Shown piece after piece: positions 40,353 through 49,991 of a stretch of 64,000 bases of DNA. The position numbers and the translations under genes were made by a program. The notes under the pieces are model-generated. The model had not been told where the DNA came from and searched no databases. It saw only the letters and a list, made by a program, of their open reading frames with translations. Source of the DNA: Bacteroidales bacterium (lineage in GTDB: Bacteria > Bacteroidota > Bacteroidia > Bacteroidales > UBA932); contig JALCST010000008.1 in the NCBI GenBank assembly GCA_022653675.1, positions 18,234 to 82,233 on the forward strand. Reading direction: 5' to 3'. Position 1 is the stretch's first letter, and the number at the start of each line of letters is the position of its first letter.

Positions 40353-40365
40353 ATAAAAAAACCTC

Positions 40366-40373
40366 TATATTTG
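40366..40373 (+). promoter_or_regulatory. -7 box TATATTTG upstream of pyrF
   Basis: Exact TAnnTTTG 26 nt upstream of ATG 40399. Confidence 0.45.
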
Positions 40374-40398
40374 CAGAAACCGGTCAATAAAATGTATT

Positions 40399-41229
40399 AT
40401 GACTTACAGTCAGTTATCTAATGCAATAAAGTCGAAGGGCAGTTTTCTATGCGTGGGACTGGACACAGATCCCGGACTGATTCCGTCGCTTTTACAGAAA
40501 GACACCAACCCTATTTTCTCCTTCAACATGGAAATAGTAGATGCTACTGCACCTTATTGTATTGCTTATAAGTTGAATACGGCCTTCTATGAAGCGGAAG
40601 GGACGAGAGGGATGGAACAGATGCTGATGACCGTAAAGTACATAAGGAAAAAATATCCTTCGATGCTGATCATCGCCGATGCGAAGCGTGGCGACATCGG
40701 GAACACCGCCATCCATTATGCGAAAGCTTTTTTCGAGACCTACGGATTCGACGCGGTAACACTTTCTCCATATATGGGACGGGACTCCATTTTCCCTTTC
40801 CTTGGTTATGAGGACAAGTGGTCCATTGTCCTTGCCCTTACTTCAAACAATTCCGCCGAAGATTTCGAGATGGAACAGATTGACGGCAAGGAAGACGTAC
40901 CCGCCGAACCTCTGTACAGCAATGTCATCAGAAAGGTCATGAACTGGGGGACCAAAGACAACACCATGTTTGTAGTTGGAGCCACCAGACCGGAGAAAAT
41001 CGCCGAGATACGCAAATACTGTCCCGACCATTTTCTCCTAGTACCGGGAATAGGCGCGCAGGGAGGTTCGCTTTCAAATGTCGCAAAAGCTGGAATGAAC
41101 AAGAACTGCGGTCTCATCGCAAACAGCTCGCGCTCGATAATATATGCATCTCACGGCGAGGATTTCGCCTCTGCCGCCGCCACTTCAGCAAGCCGTGTCG
41201 CAGCCGAAATGGCAACGATACTCGCATAA
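40399..41229 (+). CDS. pyrF: Orotidine 5'-phosphate decarboxylase (type 2, long form)
   Basis: FLCVGLDTD, KLNTAFYE, IADAKRGDIGNT, LLVPGIGAQGG. Confidence 0.9.
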   Translation: MTYSQLSNAIKSKGSFLCVGLDTDPGLIPSLLQKDTNPIFSFNMEIVDATAPYCIAYKLNTAFYEAEGTRGMEQMLMTVKYIRKKYPSMLIIADAKRGDIGNTAIHYAKAFFETYGFDAVTLSPYMGRDSIFPFLGYEDKWSIVLALTSNNSAEDFEMEQIDGKEDVPAEPLYSNVIRKVMNWGTKDNTMFVVGATRPEKIAEIRKYCPDHFLLVPGIGAQGGSLSNVAKAGMNKNCGLIANSSRSIIYASHGEDFASAAATSASRVAAEMATILA

Positions 41230-41301
41230 TCCAGAGTATTTTCGCTTTCCTCATTACTAATTAAGTATATTGTAGCCGTTGATTTAAAATCATTATTATT
41301 T

Positions 41302-41332
41302 TTTGTTTTATAATTACAAATTGTTATTTTTG
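41302..41332 (+). promoter_or_regulatory. -33 TTTG / -7 TATTTTTG promoter upstream of the aminotransferase gene
   Basis: TTTG (41302-41305), a 19-nt spacer, then TATTTTTG (41325-41332). Confidence 0.5.
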
Positions 41333-41364
41333 CACAACAAAAAATAAAAAAACAGTAATCACCA

Positions 41365-42561
41365 ATGGCTATAGATTTAAAACCTCTCTTGTCGGATAAT
41401 GCTCTCAATATGAGAAGATCTGTCATACGTGACCTTCTCAGTGTAGCGACACGTCCTGAAATCATCTCGTTCGCCGGGGGTTTCCCAAATGCGGAAACCT
41501 TCCCGATAGAAGAATTGAAAAAGATAATGATGAAAATCATGGACGAACAGGGAGCAATAGCTCTGCAATACGGACCTACAGAAGGATACATTCCGTTCAA
41601 GCAGGAAATTCTGAAAAGATGCCATGCCAATGGGATGTCCGGTGATCTTGGCAACCTGATAATAACCACTGCCTCCCAACAAGCTTTGGATCTTATTTCA
41701 AGAATATTCATAAACCCTCACGACGTAGTCCTGTGCGGCCTTCCTTCCTATCTCGGCGCCCTCCAGGCATTCTGGTCCTATCAGGCAGAGCCTTATGGGG
41801 TAAGGGATGGAGAAGACAACTTCGCGATAATGGAGAAGCTGATATCGCAAGGTAAAAAGCCGAAATTCCTGTACGCCATTCCGGATTTCCAGAACCCTAG
41901 CGGAGTAACCATGACTCTTGAGGAGCGTAAAGACGTCATCGAACTTTCAAGAAAATACGATCTGTACATAATAGAAGACAGCCCTTACAGGGAGATCCGA
42001 TTCGAGGGAGAACCACAGCCTACCATGTATTCCATGGCTCCGGACAGAGTCATTCTCCTCGGCACATTCTCAAAGACTTTCGTTCCCGGTTTCAGGCTCG
42101 GATATATTCTTGCCAACCATGATATTATAGAGCATATCGTGGTCGCGAAGCAATCATCCGACCTTTGCACCCCTACATTCAACCAAATGGTGGCTGCCGA
42201 ATACATGAAGAGCGGTCTTTACGAGAAGAACATCGGAAAAATCTGCGAACTTTACCACCACAAAAAGGACCTTATGATTCAATCCTTTGAAAAATATATG
42301 CCGGAAGGCGTTACGTGGACCAATCCTGAAGGTGGCCTGTTCCTATTCCTCAAGTTGCCTGAGCAGTATGACACCAGGGAGTTGTTCGACATAGCAATAA
42401 AGAAAAACGTGGCTTTCGTAATAGGAGAAGCTTTCCATTGCGACGGTTCCGGCAAGAACACCATGAGGTTAAATTTCTCCTACGCCACCGACGAAAAGAT
42501 AGTCGAAGGCGTCAAACGTCTTTCTGATTCAATTAACGAACTTTACGGAAGGCATGCCTGA
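41365..42561 (+). CDS. PLP-dependent aminotransferase, class I/II (2-aminoadipate/aromatic transaminase-like, MocR-type catalytic domain without HTH)
   Basis: ISFAGGFPN, YGPTEGY, PDFQNPSG, the SKT Lys region FSKTFVPGFRLGY and MRLNFSY. Confidence 0.85.
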   Translation: MAIDLKPLLSDNALNMRRSVIRDLLSVATRPEIISFAGGFPNAETFPIEELKKIMMKIMDEQGAIALQYGPTEGYIPFKQEILKRCHANGMSGDLGNLIITTASQQALDLISRIFINPHDVVLCGLPSYLGALQAFWSYQAEPYGVRDGEDNFAIMEKLISQGKKPKFLYAIPDFQNPSGVTMTLEERKDVIELSRKYDLYIIEDSPYREIRFEGEPQPTMYSMAPDRVILLGTFSKTFVPGFRLGYILANHDIIEHIVVAKQSSDLCTPTFNQMVAAEYMKSGLYEKNIGKICELYHHKKDLMIQSFEKYMPEGVTWTNPEGGLFLFLKLPEQYDTRELFDIAIKKNVAFVIGEAFHCDGSGKNTMRLNFSYATDEKIVEGVKRLSDSINELYGRHA

Positions 42562-43306
42562 GAGGATCGTACTTTAAATCGCTTATCTTAAATATTTTGT
42601 CCAAAACCCCGCTGGAAATTGTTTCTTGTGGGGTTTTGTCGTAAAAAGAGCCGTCGGCACACATTAGCCACATTCTGTCGCAGTAGTCCAGGGCCAAAGG
42701 AATGTCATGGGTCGAAAAAATAACGGCCTTGCCTCTGTCGTGAGCAATTTGTTTCAGCAAATCGGTTACAAGGACCTTGTTCGCAGCATCGAGAAAGGCG
42801 GAAGGCTCGTCCAGAACTATGACACCACCGTCCTTAACTATAGCCCCGGCAATAGCTACCCTTTGATACTCGCCGTCGCTCAGGGAATAGGAATCACGAT
42901 CCTCGAATCCTCCGAGGGAGACCTCTTCAAGGGCTTCGGAAATCAGTTCCTTGTCCCTCCTTCCTATGTTACCCAGGATACCGGTCCTGAAATAGCAATT
43001 CGTGGCCAGCATTTCCCCGACGCTCAGGTTCCTTGCCCTGGCAGGTAGAGAAGGTACGAATGCCACCTGTTCGGCGATCCTTTTGTGTCTCAGTTCACGG
43101 TAATCGATCCCTGACAAGAACAGTTTACCGGAAAAAACAGGCTCAAGTCCGGCGATGGTACGAAGCAGGGTACTCTTCCCGACCCCGTTCGCTCCACACA
43201 AAGCTATCAGGTCCCCGGAACGGACCGACGCCCCTATCCCACCGAAGATGCATTTCGAGCCGTAGCCAAGCGAAAGATTCCCCAATTCAAGTATAATATC
43301 GTTCAT
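42533..43306 (-). CDS. ABC transporter ATP-binding protein (iron-siderophore/cobalamin FecE/BtuD type)
   Basis: GANGVGKSTLL Walker A, LSDGEYQRVAIA signature and VIVLDEPSAFLD Walker B. ATG 43306 shares 1 nt with the permease stop. Confidence 0.85.
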   Translation of the reverse strand: MNDIILELGNLSLGYGSKCIFGGIGASVRSGDLIALCGANGVGKSTLLRTIAGLEPVFSGKLFLSGIDYRELRHKRIAEQVAFVPSLPARARNLSVGEMLATNCYFRTGILGNIGRRDKELISEALEEVSLGGFEDRDSYSLSDGEYQRVAIAGAIVKDGGVIVLDEPSAFLDAANKVLVTDLLKQIAHDRGKAVIFSTHDIPLALDYCDRMWLMCADGSFYDKTPQETISSGVLDKIFKISDLKYDPLRHAFRKVR

Positions 43307-44328
43307 TACTGCCTGCGTTTTAAAAGTATGACAAGGATGACGGGAATTCCGAGCAGCGATGCCACCGTATTGACGGGAATGATTCCACCTCTTCCCGGCA
43401 GGCAACTGATCACATCCGTCAGCAGCATTGCACAGGCACCTACAAGAGCGGCAGCCGGAATGGTAATTCTGTGGTCCGCATCCTTATAAATCGCCCTTGC
43501 GATGTGTGGCGCAGCTATACCTATGAAACCCACCGGTCCGCAAAAAGCCGTTACGCTACCGGCAAGAAGGGCCGTCACGGCCAAAATCCTGATCCTTATT
43601 CCGGCGAGGCTTACTCCGACCGACACGGCATACTGCTCTCCAAGCAGCAAAGCATTGAGATCCTTGATATTGTATACCGAGAGTAAAAGCCCGACGGCGA
43701 CAGCGGCAGCCAGAACCGAGAGTTGAGCCGCGCTAAGGCCGGCAAAACTTCCCATAGACCAGACGACATAGCTTTTAAGGGCATGGGAAGAGGAGAAATA
43801 CTGGAGCAGGTTTATCATGGCACTGGCTATGAAACCGATCATCACGCCGAAGATCAAGAGGCTGAGATTGTCCCTGAGACGACCGGATATGGAAATTATA
43901 AGCAATGTCACGAGTGCAGCTCCGACAAAAGCGGAGCCGGCGGCACCGAGACTCATGAAGACTGAATCCGCCCCGGCACCAAGGGCGGATGCACCCATGA
44001 GGAAAATAGCGACTCCGAGACCGCTTCCGCTGCTGATACCGAGAATGTAGGGATCGGCAAGGGGATTGCGGAACAGTGTCTGCATCTGAAGACCGCACAC
44101 GGAAAGGGCTACACCGCTGAGAAGGGCGGTAAGGGCCTTAGGCAGACGGTAGCTTAGAACGAGGTCGCGGATAAGAGGATCGGTCTCCTTCCCGGAAACG
44201 GCGGCCAGGATTTCCCGTGGACGAATATCCGAACTTCCGAGAAATACGTCGAGGATGAACAGCAACAAAACGGAAGCCGCCAGAACGATGTACAAAAGAG
44301 CCTTTCTGTCGTGTGGTGTATGCAGCAT
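43306..44328 (-). CDS. ABC transporter permease, FecCD/BtuC family
   Basis: About 9-10 TM segments, FRNPLADPYILGISSG and the conserved C-terminal ...IPVNTVASLLGIPVILVILLK. ATG 44328 was chosen. Confidence 0.85.
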   Translation of the reverse strand: MLHTPHDRKALLYIVLAASVLLLFILDVFLGSSDIRPREILAAVSGKETDPLIRDLVLSYRLPKALTALLSGVALSVCGLQMQTLFRNPLADPYILGISSGSGLGVAIFLMGASALGAGADSVFMSLGAAGSAFVGAALVTLLIISISGRLRDNLSLLIFGVMIGFIASAMINLLQYFSSSHALKSYVVWSMGSFAGLSAAQLSVLAAAVAVGLLLSVYNIKDLNALLLGEQYAVSVGVSLAGIRIRILAVTALLAGSVTAFCGPVGFIGIAAPHIARAIYKDADHRITIPAAALVGACAMLLTDVISCLPGRGGIIPVNTVASLLGIPVILVILLKRRQ

Positions 44329-44342
44329 GGGTGTCTTTTTTG

Positions 44343-44350
44343 CAAAGTTA
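44343..44350 (-). promoter_or_regulatory. -7 box TAACTTTG upstream of the ABC permease gene
   Basis: Exact TAnnTTTG on the minus strand, 15 nt upstream of ATG 44328, giving a very short leader. Confidence 0.4.
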
Positions 44351-44373
44351 TTCAATTCTTGAGCTATTATTTC

Positions 44374-44381
44374 TATTTTTG
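44374..44381 (+). promoter_or_regulatory. -7 box TATTTTTG upstream of tpiA
   Basis: Exact TAnnTTTG 32 nt upstream of ATG 44413. Confidence 0.45.
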
Positions 44382-44412
44382 CAAACGAAAAGAATTTACA
44401 CATGATCATAAT

Positions 44413-45168
44413 ATGAGAAAGAAAATCGTTGCCGGGAATTGGAAGATGAACACCAATCTCTGCGAGGCAGTAGAACTTGCCAAAGGTATCAGGGAACGCC
44501 TTTCAGAAGTCCCTTCGAATGTAAAACTCATAGTCGCCCCACCTTTTACGAATATTGAATCCGTTGAAGAGATTCTCAGCGGTACTCCGGTAGCCGTAGC
44601 GGCACAGAACTGCGCCGACCATGACAAAGGTGCATATACCGGGGAAATTTCCGCGAAGATGATAGCTTCCTGCGGATGCAAATATGTGATTCTAGGCCAT
44701 TCCGAACGCCGCACCTATTACGGCGAAACCTCGGCCAAGATAGTCGAAAAGATGAAGCTCGCCTTCGCCGCAGGACTCGGGGTCATACTTTGCATCGGCG
44801 AAAACCTCGACGAACGCAATGCAGGGAAACATTTCGAGGTTACAAGAAAAGAAATCGAAGACGTCCTCTTCAACTTTACGGCCGAAGATATGGCCAATGT
44901 GACGGTGGCATACGAACCAATATGGGCCATCGGTACGGGTGTGACCGCTACCAGCGCCCAGGCCGAAGAGATACACGCCCACGTACGCAAGGTCATAGCA
45001 TCCGAATTCGGGGAGAAGGTAGCCGACGAAATGACCATTCTTTATGGCGGAAGCTGCAAGCCTTCGAACGCCAAGGAACTCTTCTCCTGCCCGGACATAG
45101 ACGGAGGCCTTATAGGTGGGGCTGCCCTGAAGCCCGACGACTTCATAGCCATCGCGAAGTCCTACTAA
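44413..45168 (+). CDS. tpiA: Triosephosphate isomerase
   Basis: VAGNWKMN, ILGHSERR, AYEPIWAIGTG, YGGS. Confidence 0.95.
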   Translation: MRKKIVAGNWKMNTNLCEAVELAKGIRERLSEVPSNVKLIVAPPFTNIESVEEILSGTPVAVAAQNCADHDKGAYTGEISAKMIASCGCKYVILGHSERRTYYGETSAKIVEKMKLAFAAGLGVILCIGENLDERNAGKHFEVTRKEIEDVLFNFTAEDMANVTVAYEPIWAIGTGVTATSAQAEEIHAHVRKVIASEFGEKVADEMTILYGGSCKPSNAKELFSCPDIDGGLIGGAALKPDDFIAIAKSY

Positions 45169-46050
45169 ATGGATTTCATAGAAGCCTCGATAACTATCAA
45201 TCCTTACTCCGAGGAAAATGCCGGAATCGTAACGGCTGATCTATCGGAGATAGGATTCGAGAGCTTCTGCGAGGAAGATCCGCTTTTAAAGGCATATATA
45301 CCGCTGAACAGATATTCGGAACAGGATTTGAATACCGTGCTCGGCGGTTTTTCTTTTTCAGGATTCCGCGTTTCTTTCCGGACAGACCTTATAAGGGAAA
45401 GCGATTGGAACTCGGAATGGGGAAAGGAGTTCAATCCAGTAGTTGTAACTGCCGGTGAAAACGGTTGCGGATGCACGGTGAAATCCAGGCACGAAGGGAA
45501 ACCCGCGAGGACGAAATATGCCATAATCATTGATCCAGACATGTCATTCGGCACAGCTCACCATCAGACTACGAAGATGATGCTGCAATATATGCTGGAG
45601 GACAGGCACGAACTGAAGGGGAAAAAACTGCTCGATATGGGATGCGGGACAGGGATTCTATCCATACTTGCGGCAAAGATCCATTGTGCAGTCCCTGTTG
45701 AAGCCTTGGACATATCGACCCGAGCAGTATTCGCAGCCAGAAGAAACGCTTCAATAAACCGCGTTCCCAAGCTCGTCAGAACCGTTCGCGGCGATTCCAC
45801 CATTCTAGAAATGGGACGCTACGACGTAATACTCGCAAACATTCCAGGAAAAATTCTCATCGATGATATGAGCACGTATTCCATGTCGCTCAAGCGAGGT
45901 GGAATATTATATATCAGCGGATTCTTAACAGACGAAGTAACAGCCTTGACGGAAGAATGCGGCAGAAACGGTTTTAAAGTCCTTTCCCGTAAGGAGGATG
46001 AAGACTGGGCTGCCCTGAAATTGGAGAAATTAAATTTTGTGCCTCGCTAA
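45169..46050 (+). CDS. prmA: Ribosomal protein L11 methyltransferase
   Basis: SAM-binding LLDMGCGTGILSI and the PrmA N-domain. The ATG directly follows the tpiA TAA. Confidence 0.9.
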   Translation: MDFIEASITINPYSEENAGIVTADLSEIGFESFCEEDPLLKAYIPLNRYSEQDLNTVLGGFSFSGFRVSFRTDLIRESDWNSEWGKEFNPVVVTAGENGCGCTVKSRHEGKPARTKYAIIIDPDMSFGTAHHQTTKMMLQYMLEDRHELKGKKLLDMGCGTGILSILAAKIHCAVPVEALDISTRAVFAARRNASINRVPKLVRTVRGDSTILEMGRYDVILANIPGKILIDDMSTYSMSLKRGGILYISGFLTDEVTALTEECGRNGFKVLSRKEDEDWAALKLEKLNFVPR

Positions 46051-46065
46051 AAGTTGGTAATTTTG
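46036..46065 (+). promoter_or_regulatory. -33 TTTG / -7 TAATTTTG promoter upstream of tRNA-Leu (and probably polA)
   Basis: TTTG (46036-46039), an 18-nt spacer, then TAATTTTG (46058-46065). The tRNA starts 16 nt downstream. Confidence 0.45.
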
Positions 46066-46080
46066 TATTCCCTACGATAT

Positions 46081-46162
46081 GCGGGTATGGCGTAATTGGT
46101 AGCCGCGCAAGACTTAGGATCTTGTGACTTCGGTCGTGGAGGTTCGAGTCCTCTTACCCGCA
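46081..46162 (+). tRNA. tRNA-Leu (anticodon TAG), long variable arm, no encoded CCA
   Basis: Acceptor GCGGGTA/TACCCGC, anticodon stem CAAGA/TCTTG with loop CTTAGGA, variable arm GAC-TTCG-GTC and T-loop GGTTCGAGTCC. Confidence 0.9.
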
Positions 46163-46188
46163 CTTCCATAATCATATGGCATCCAGAT

Positions 46189-48807
46189 ATGGACAGAATA
46201 TTTCTAATTGACGGACACTCCTTGATTTTCAGGATGTATTACGCTTTCCTCCGGAGGCCGATGATAAACTCCAAAGGCACCGATACGTCCATACTGTTCG
46301 GTTTTACTAAATATCTGCTCGAACTCATCGGCAAGGAGTCGCCTACCCACATGGCAGTAATGTTCGATGCTCCTGCAAAGACTTTCCGGCACGAGATTTA
46401 TCCCGAATACAAAGCTACAAGGCTTGCTGCTCCGGAACTTGTCAGGGAAGCGCTTGACCCCTGCACTGAAATCGTCAATGCACTGGGTATCAAGGTATAT
46501 ACAATTCCTGGAGTCGAGGCCGACGATGTAATGGGCACAATCGCAAAGATCGCATCAGGAAAAGGCTTCGACGCTTATATAGTCACCCCGGACAAGGACC
46601 TCGCCCAAATCGTCGGCGACCATATCTTCCAGTACAAACCGGGCAAAAGCGGAAGCGAGAGCGAGATACTCGGAACGGAAGAGGTCTGCAAGAAATACGG
46701 CATAAATACCCCTTCACAGGTAATAGACATTCTGACGCTATGGGGCGACACCGCCGACAACGTAAAGGGGGTCGACGGAGTCGGGGAACTTACGGCGGCG
46801 AAACTGGTTTCCAAATACGACAGCGTGGAAGGCATTTACCGTCACCTCGGGGAACTCTCCAAGAAACAGCAGACCGCTTTCAGGAATGCGGAAGATCACA
46901 TAGGGCTCAGCAAGTTTTTGGTAACCGTCAAGACGGATGTGGACGTCGAATTCAACCCGGAAGAAATGCGTCTCCACCCTGTTTACAGCGAAGAAGTTGC
47001 AAAAATCTTCAATTATTACGAATTCCCTTCTCTTGTAAAGATGCTTCCCCAAGAGGGAGCGGAAAACATCGGAACCGGAGCCTCCGGATACGCCGTAAAA
47101 GCCATAAGGCGCACTGCTGGAGAGATAACGGACGAAGCCGCCAAGTGCAAACGCGTGGCATTGAATGTCAAGAAAGAGCTGATTCTCAGCATTGGCTCCG
47201 AATATGCCGTCTGCACACCAAGCGAGGCCGGAGGCATACTTGAAGATGCATCGGTTGAAAAAGTAGGTTACGGACTCAAGGAGCAGATCAACTCGCTAAA
47301 GAACGAAGGCATAGCATTGAAAGGAAGACTTTGGGACATAGAGCTGTTGCACTACATACTGAATCCGGAACGCACGCACAAGCTCGACATACTTGCAAAA
47401 TGCTACCTGCACGCCGACATCTGCAAGGAGGCAGGGAAAGAGGATGAAGCGATACAGGGAGACCTTTTCTCTGCGCCGGAGGAGGCCGTGGAAGACAGGG
47501 AATCGGCCTACAGGGAGAGTGCCGTTTTAACTCTACTTTGCGACGCCATACTTAAGGAAGTACGCGAACAGAAGCTCGAAGAACTATACCTGAAGATCGA
47601 GGAACCACTGATAAGGGTACTCGCCGATATGGAAAGGACCGGCGTCAAGATAAACGTCGGCCAGCTCGAAAAATATGGTCTGGAACTCGATTCGGAAAGG
47701 ATAGAACTCGAAAAAAAAGCGCGGGAGATGGCCGGGAATCCAGATCTTAACCTGAGTTCACCGAAACAGATAGGTCCACTGCTCTACGAAAAGCTCAAAC
47801 TGAACCCACGGATAAGGCCCAACTCCAAGGGAAGTTATCCCACCGATGAGGAAACGCTGGACGGGCTAAGGGAAAAACATCCCATAATAGATACGATACT
47901 CGAATACAGAGCGGTAAAGAAACTCCAGTCGACCTATGTGGAGCCTCTGCCAAAGTTGATCGACCCTGCGGACGGCAAAATACATACATCATTCAACCAA
48001 GCCCTCACAGCAACCGGCAGGCTCTCTTCCTCCCACCCGAACCTGCAGAACATACCGGTGCGTACAGAGCGTGGCAAGGAAATCCGAAAGGCCTTCGTGC
48101 CTTCGAACCCGGACGGACTCATAATATCCGCCGATTATTCACAGATCGAACTGCGCATCATGGCGCATCTGAGCGGAGATCCGCACATGAGGCAGGCTTT
48201 CCTCGAAGGAAAGGACGTACATACCGCAACTGCATCAAAACTATTCGGAGTCCGCGAAGAAGAAGTAACGAAAGAGCAACGTAGAAGAGCCAAGACAGCC
48301 AACTTCGGGATAATCTACGGTATTTCCGCCTTCGGGCTTTCACGAAGGCTTGGAATTCCGCGTTCGGAATCCAAGGAATTCATAGAATCCTATTTCGCCA
48401 AATATCCCAAAGTCAAGGAATTCATACACACACAAATCGAAAGTGCGAAGGAAAACGGTTATGCAGAGACCATATTCGGAAGAAAGCGTTATCTACCCGA
48501 CATAAATTCCCGCAACCAGACTGTCCGGGGATTAGCGGAGAGAAATGCGGTAAACGCCCCGATCCAGGGAAGCGCCGCCGATATCATAAAACTCGCGATG
48601 TCTGAAGTATTCCGCAGAATGAATGAGGAAGGATTGAAAAGCAAGATGGTACTTCAGGTACATGACGAACTCGTCATCGATGCCATTAAGGAAGAAAAGG
48701 ATGTTATGACGAAGATACTGAAAGAAGAGATGGAAAACGTCTGCAAGCTTTCGGTCCCCCTTACGATAGAATGCAGCTATGGAAGCAACTGGCTTGAAGC
48801 TCACTGA
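46189..48807 (+). CDS. polA: DNA polymerase I
   Basis: 5' nuclease N-terminus (IFLIDGHSLIFRMYYAF). Pol A motifs DYSQIELRIMAHLS, RRRAKTANFGIIYG and QVHDELV. ATG 46189 was chosen because the ORF-track TTG at 46096 lies inside the tRNA. Confidence 0.95.
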   Translation: MDRIFLIDGHSLIFRMYYAFLRRPMINSKGTDTSILFGFTKYLLELIGKESPTHMAVMFDAPAKTFRHEIYPEYKATRLAAPELVREALDPCTEIVNALGIKVYTIPGVEADDVMGTIAKIASGKGFDAYIVTPDKDLAQIVGDHIFQYKPGKSGSESEILGTEEVCKKYGINTPSQVIDILTLWGDTADNVKGVDGVGELTAAKLVSKYDSVEGIYRHLGELSKKQQTAFRNAEDHIGLSKFLVTVKTDVDVEFNPEEMRLHPVYSEEVAKIFNYYEFPSLVKMLPQEGAENIGTGASGYAVKAIRRTAGEITDEAAKCKRVALNVKKELILSIGSEYAVCTPSEAGGILEDASVEKVGYGLKEQINSLKNEGIALKGRLWDIELLHYILNPERTHKLDILAKCYLHADICKEAGKEDEAIQGDLFSAPEEAVEDRESAYRESAVLTLLCDAILKEVREQKLEELYLKIEEPLIRVLADMERTGVKINVGQLEKYGLELDSERIELEKKAREMAGNPDLNLSSPKQIGPLLYEKLKLNPRIRPNSKGSYPTDEETLDGLREKHPIIDTILEYRAVKKLQSTYVEPLPKLIDPADGKIHTSFNQALTATGRLSSSHPNLQNIPVRTERGKEIRKAFVPSNPDGLIISADYSQIELRIMAHLSGDPHMRQAFLEGKDVHTATASKLFGVREEEVTKEQRRRAKTANFGIIYGISAFGLSRRLGIPRSESKEFIESYFAKYPKVKEFIHTQIESAKENGYAETIFGRKRYLPDINSRNQTVRGLAERNAVNAPIQGSAADIIKLAMSEVFRRMNEEGLKSKMVLQVHDELVIDAIKEEKDVMTKILKEEMENVCKLSVPLTIECSYGSNWLEAH

Positions 48808-49360
48808 TTTGTCCGACGGAATACTGGCCTGCATGGCCGCCGACGAAAGTCGCAAGGGTAATGCCGTGAACAAACCGTTCGCAGAACTCTCGGCACGCTA
48901 CCGCAAAAAAGCGATGGATTTTGTAAAGAGGTTTGCCGTCAGGATTCTGGATGACGATGCCGAAGACATCGTGCAGGAATCCATGATCAAGGCTTACCGC
49001 AACATAGAAAAATATGACGACACCTACGCTTTCTCGACATGGCTTCTCAGAATCTGCCAAAACACCGCAATCGACTATATACGGAAGAAAAAGCTTCTGG
49101 AAACGGAGTCGATAGACGAACGCGGCACCGGCAACGGCGGTATGACTTCTTCACCGGAAGACGGGCTTATCTCTTCAGAGGGGGAAAACCTGATTCTTAA
49201 AATGATCGACAACCTGCCGAAAAAATACGCCGAACCAGCCAGGCTACGTTATATCGACGATTTGAGTTACAGGCAAATAGCCGGAAAACTTTCCGTTTCG
49301 ATCGAAACGGTCAAGATCCGGCTTTACAGGGCACGTCGAAAACTGGCAACAATGATTTAA
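48779..49360 (+). CDS. RNA polymerase sigma-70 factor, ECF subfamily
   Basis: Region 2 (DIVQESMIKAYRNIEKYDDTYAFSTWLLRICQNTAIDYIRKK) and region 4 (ARLRYIDDLSYRQIAGKLSVSIETVKIRLYRARRKL). It overlaps the polA 3' end by 29 nt. An alternative start is ATG 48833. Confidence 0.85.
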   Translation: MEATGLKLTDLSDGILACMAADESRKGNAVNKPFAELSARYRKKAMDFVKRFAVRILDDDAEDIVQESMIKAYRNIEKYDDTYAFSTWLLRICQNTAIDYIRKKKLLETESIDERGTGNGGMTSSPEDGLISSEGENLILKMIDNLPKKYAEPARLRYIDDLSYRQIAGKLSVSIETVKIRLYRARRKLATMI

Positions 49361-49367
49361 AGCCCCT

Positions 49368-49991
49368 ATGGAAGAGAATATCGTTTTCAAGTACTTCGAA
49401 AACCTGGACGGAAAACAGAAGGAACAGTTCCGGGGAATGGGGGCTCTGTACCGTGAATGGAACAAAAGAATCAATATAATATCCCGCAAGGATATCGGGA
49501 ATCTTTATGGACACCATATACTCCACTCACTCGCGATAGCCAAGGTGGCAAAATTCGAACCCGGCACAAAAATCCTCGACCTTGGGACAGGAGGTGGATT
49601 TCCCGGAATCCCGCTTGCGGTTTGTTTCCCCGACAGTATATTCACGCTTTGCGACTCCGTAGGAAAGAAAGCGAAAGTGGCGGAAGCCGTCTCTGAGGGA
49701 ATCGGACTCGAAAACGTAACGGTCGTGAACAAAAGGGCCGAAAATATCGAAGAGAATTTCGATTACGTCGTTACACGTTCGGTAGCCGCATTTGACACCT
49801 TGCTCCCATGGATCATGGGAAAATGGCGAAAGGGGATATTCGCCCTCAAGGGAGGGAACGTTTATTCCGAAATTGAGCCATGCATAGGAAGATATGGCCT
49901 CGACAGGAAAAAAATATCGGTTTTCGACATAAGTGACTGGTTCGAGGAGTCATATTTTCTCGAAAAAAAAATAGTTTTTGTCGGCCGATAA
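49368..49991 (+). CDS. rsmG: 16S rRNA (guanine527-N7)-methyltransferase
   Basis: ILDLGTGGGFPGIPLA SAM motif and GidB-like length. Confidence 0.9.
   Translation: MEENIVFKYFENLDGKQKEQFRGMGALYREWNKRINIISRKDIGNLYGHHILHSLAIAKVAKFEPGTKILDLGTGGGFPGIPLAVCFPDSIFTLCDSVGKKAKVAEAVSEGIGLENVTVVNKRAENIEENFDYVVTRSVAAFDTLLPWIMGKWRKGIFALKGGNVYSEIEPCIGRYGLDRKKISVFDISDWFEESYFLEKKIVFVGR

Noticed and set aside
44329-44412. Possible cobalamin or other riboswitch upstream of the BtuCD/FecCD-like ABC transporter
   Set aside because: Only 84 nt separate the permease ATG from the divergent tpiA ATG, and both promoters sit in that gap. This is too short for a ~200-nt cobalamin riboswitch, and no B12-box-like sequence was seen.
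44676-45239. 187-aa Arg-rich ORF overlapping tpiA and prmA
   Set aside because: It is an alternative frame of two well-supported genes. Its extreme Arg/Gly/Pro composition is typical of out-of-frame translation.
46096-46188. N-terminal extension of the polA ORF (MVAAQDLGSCDFGRGGSSPL...)
   Set aside because: It is translated from the tRNA-Leu gene body (46081-46162) starting at a TTG. The conserved 5'-nuclease N-terminus begins at ATG 46189.
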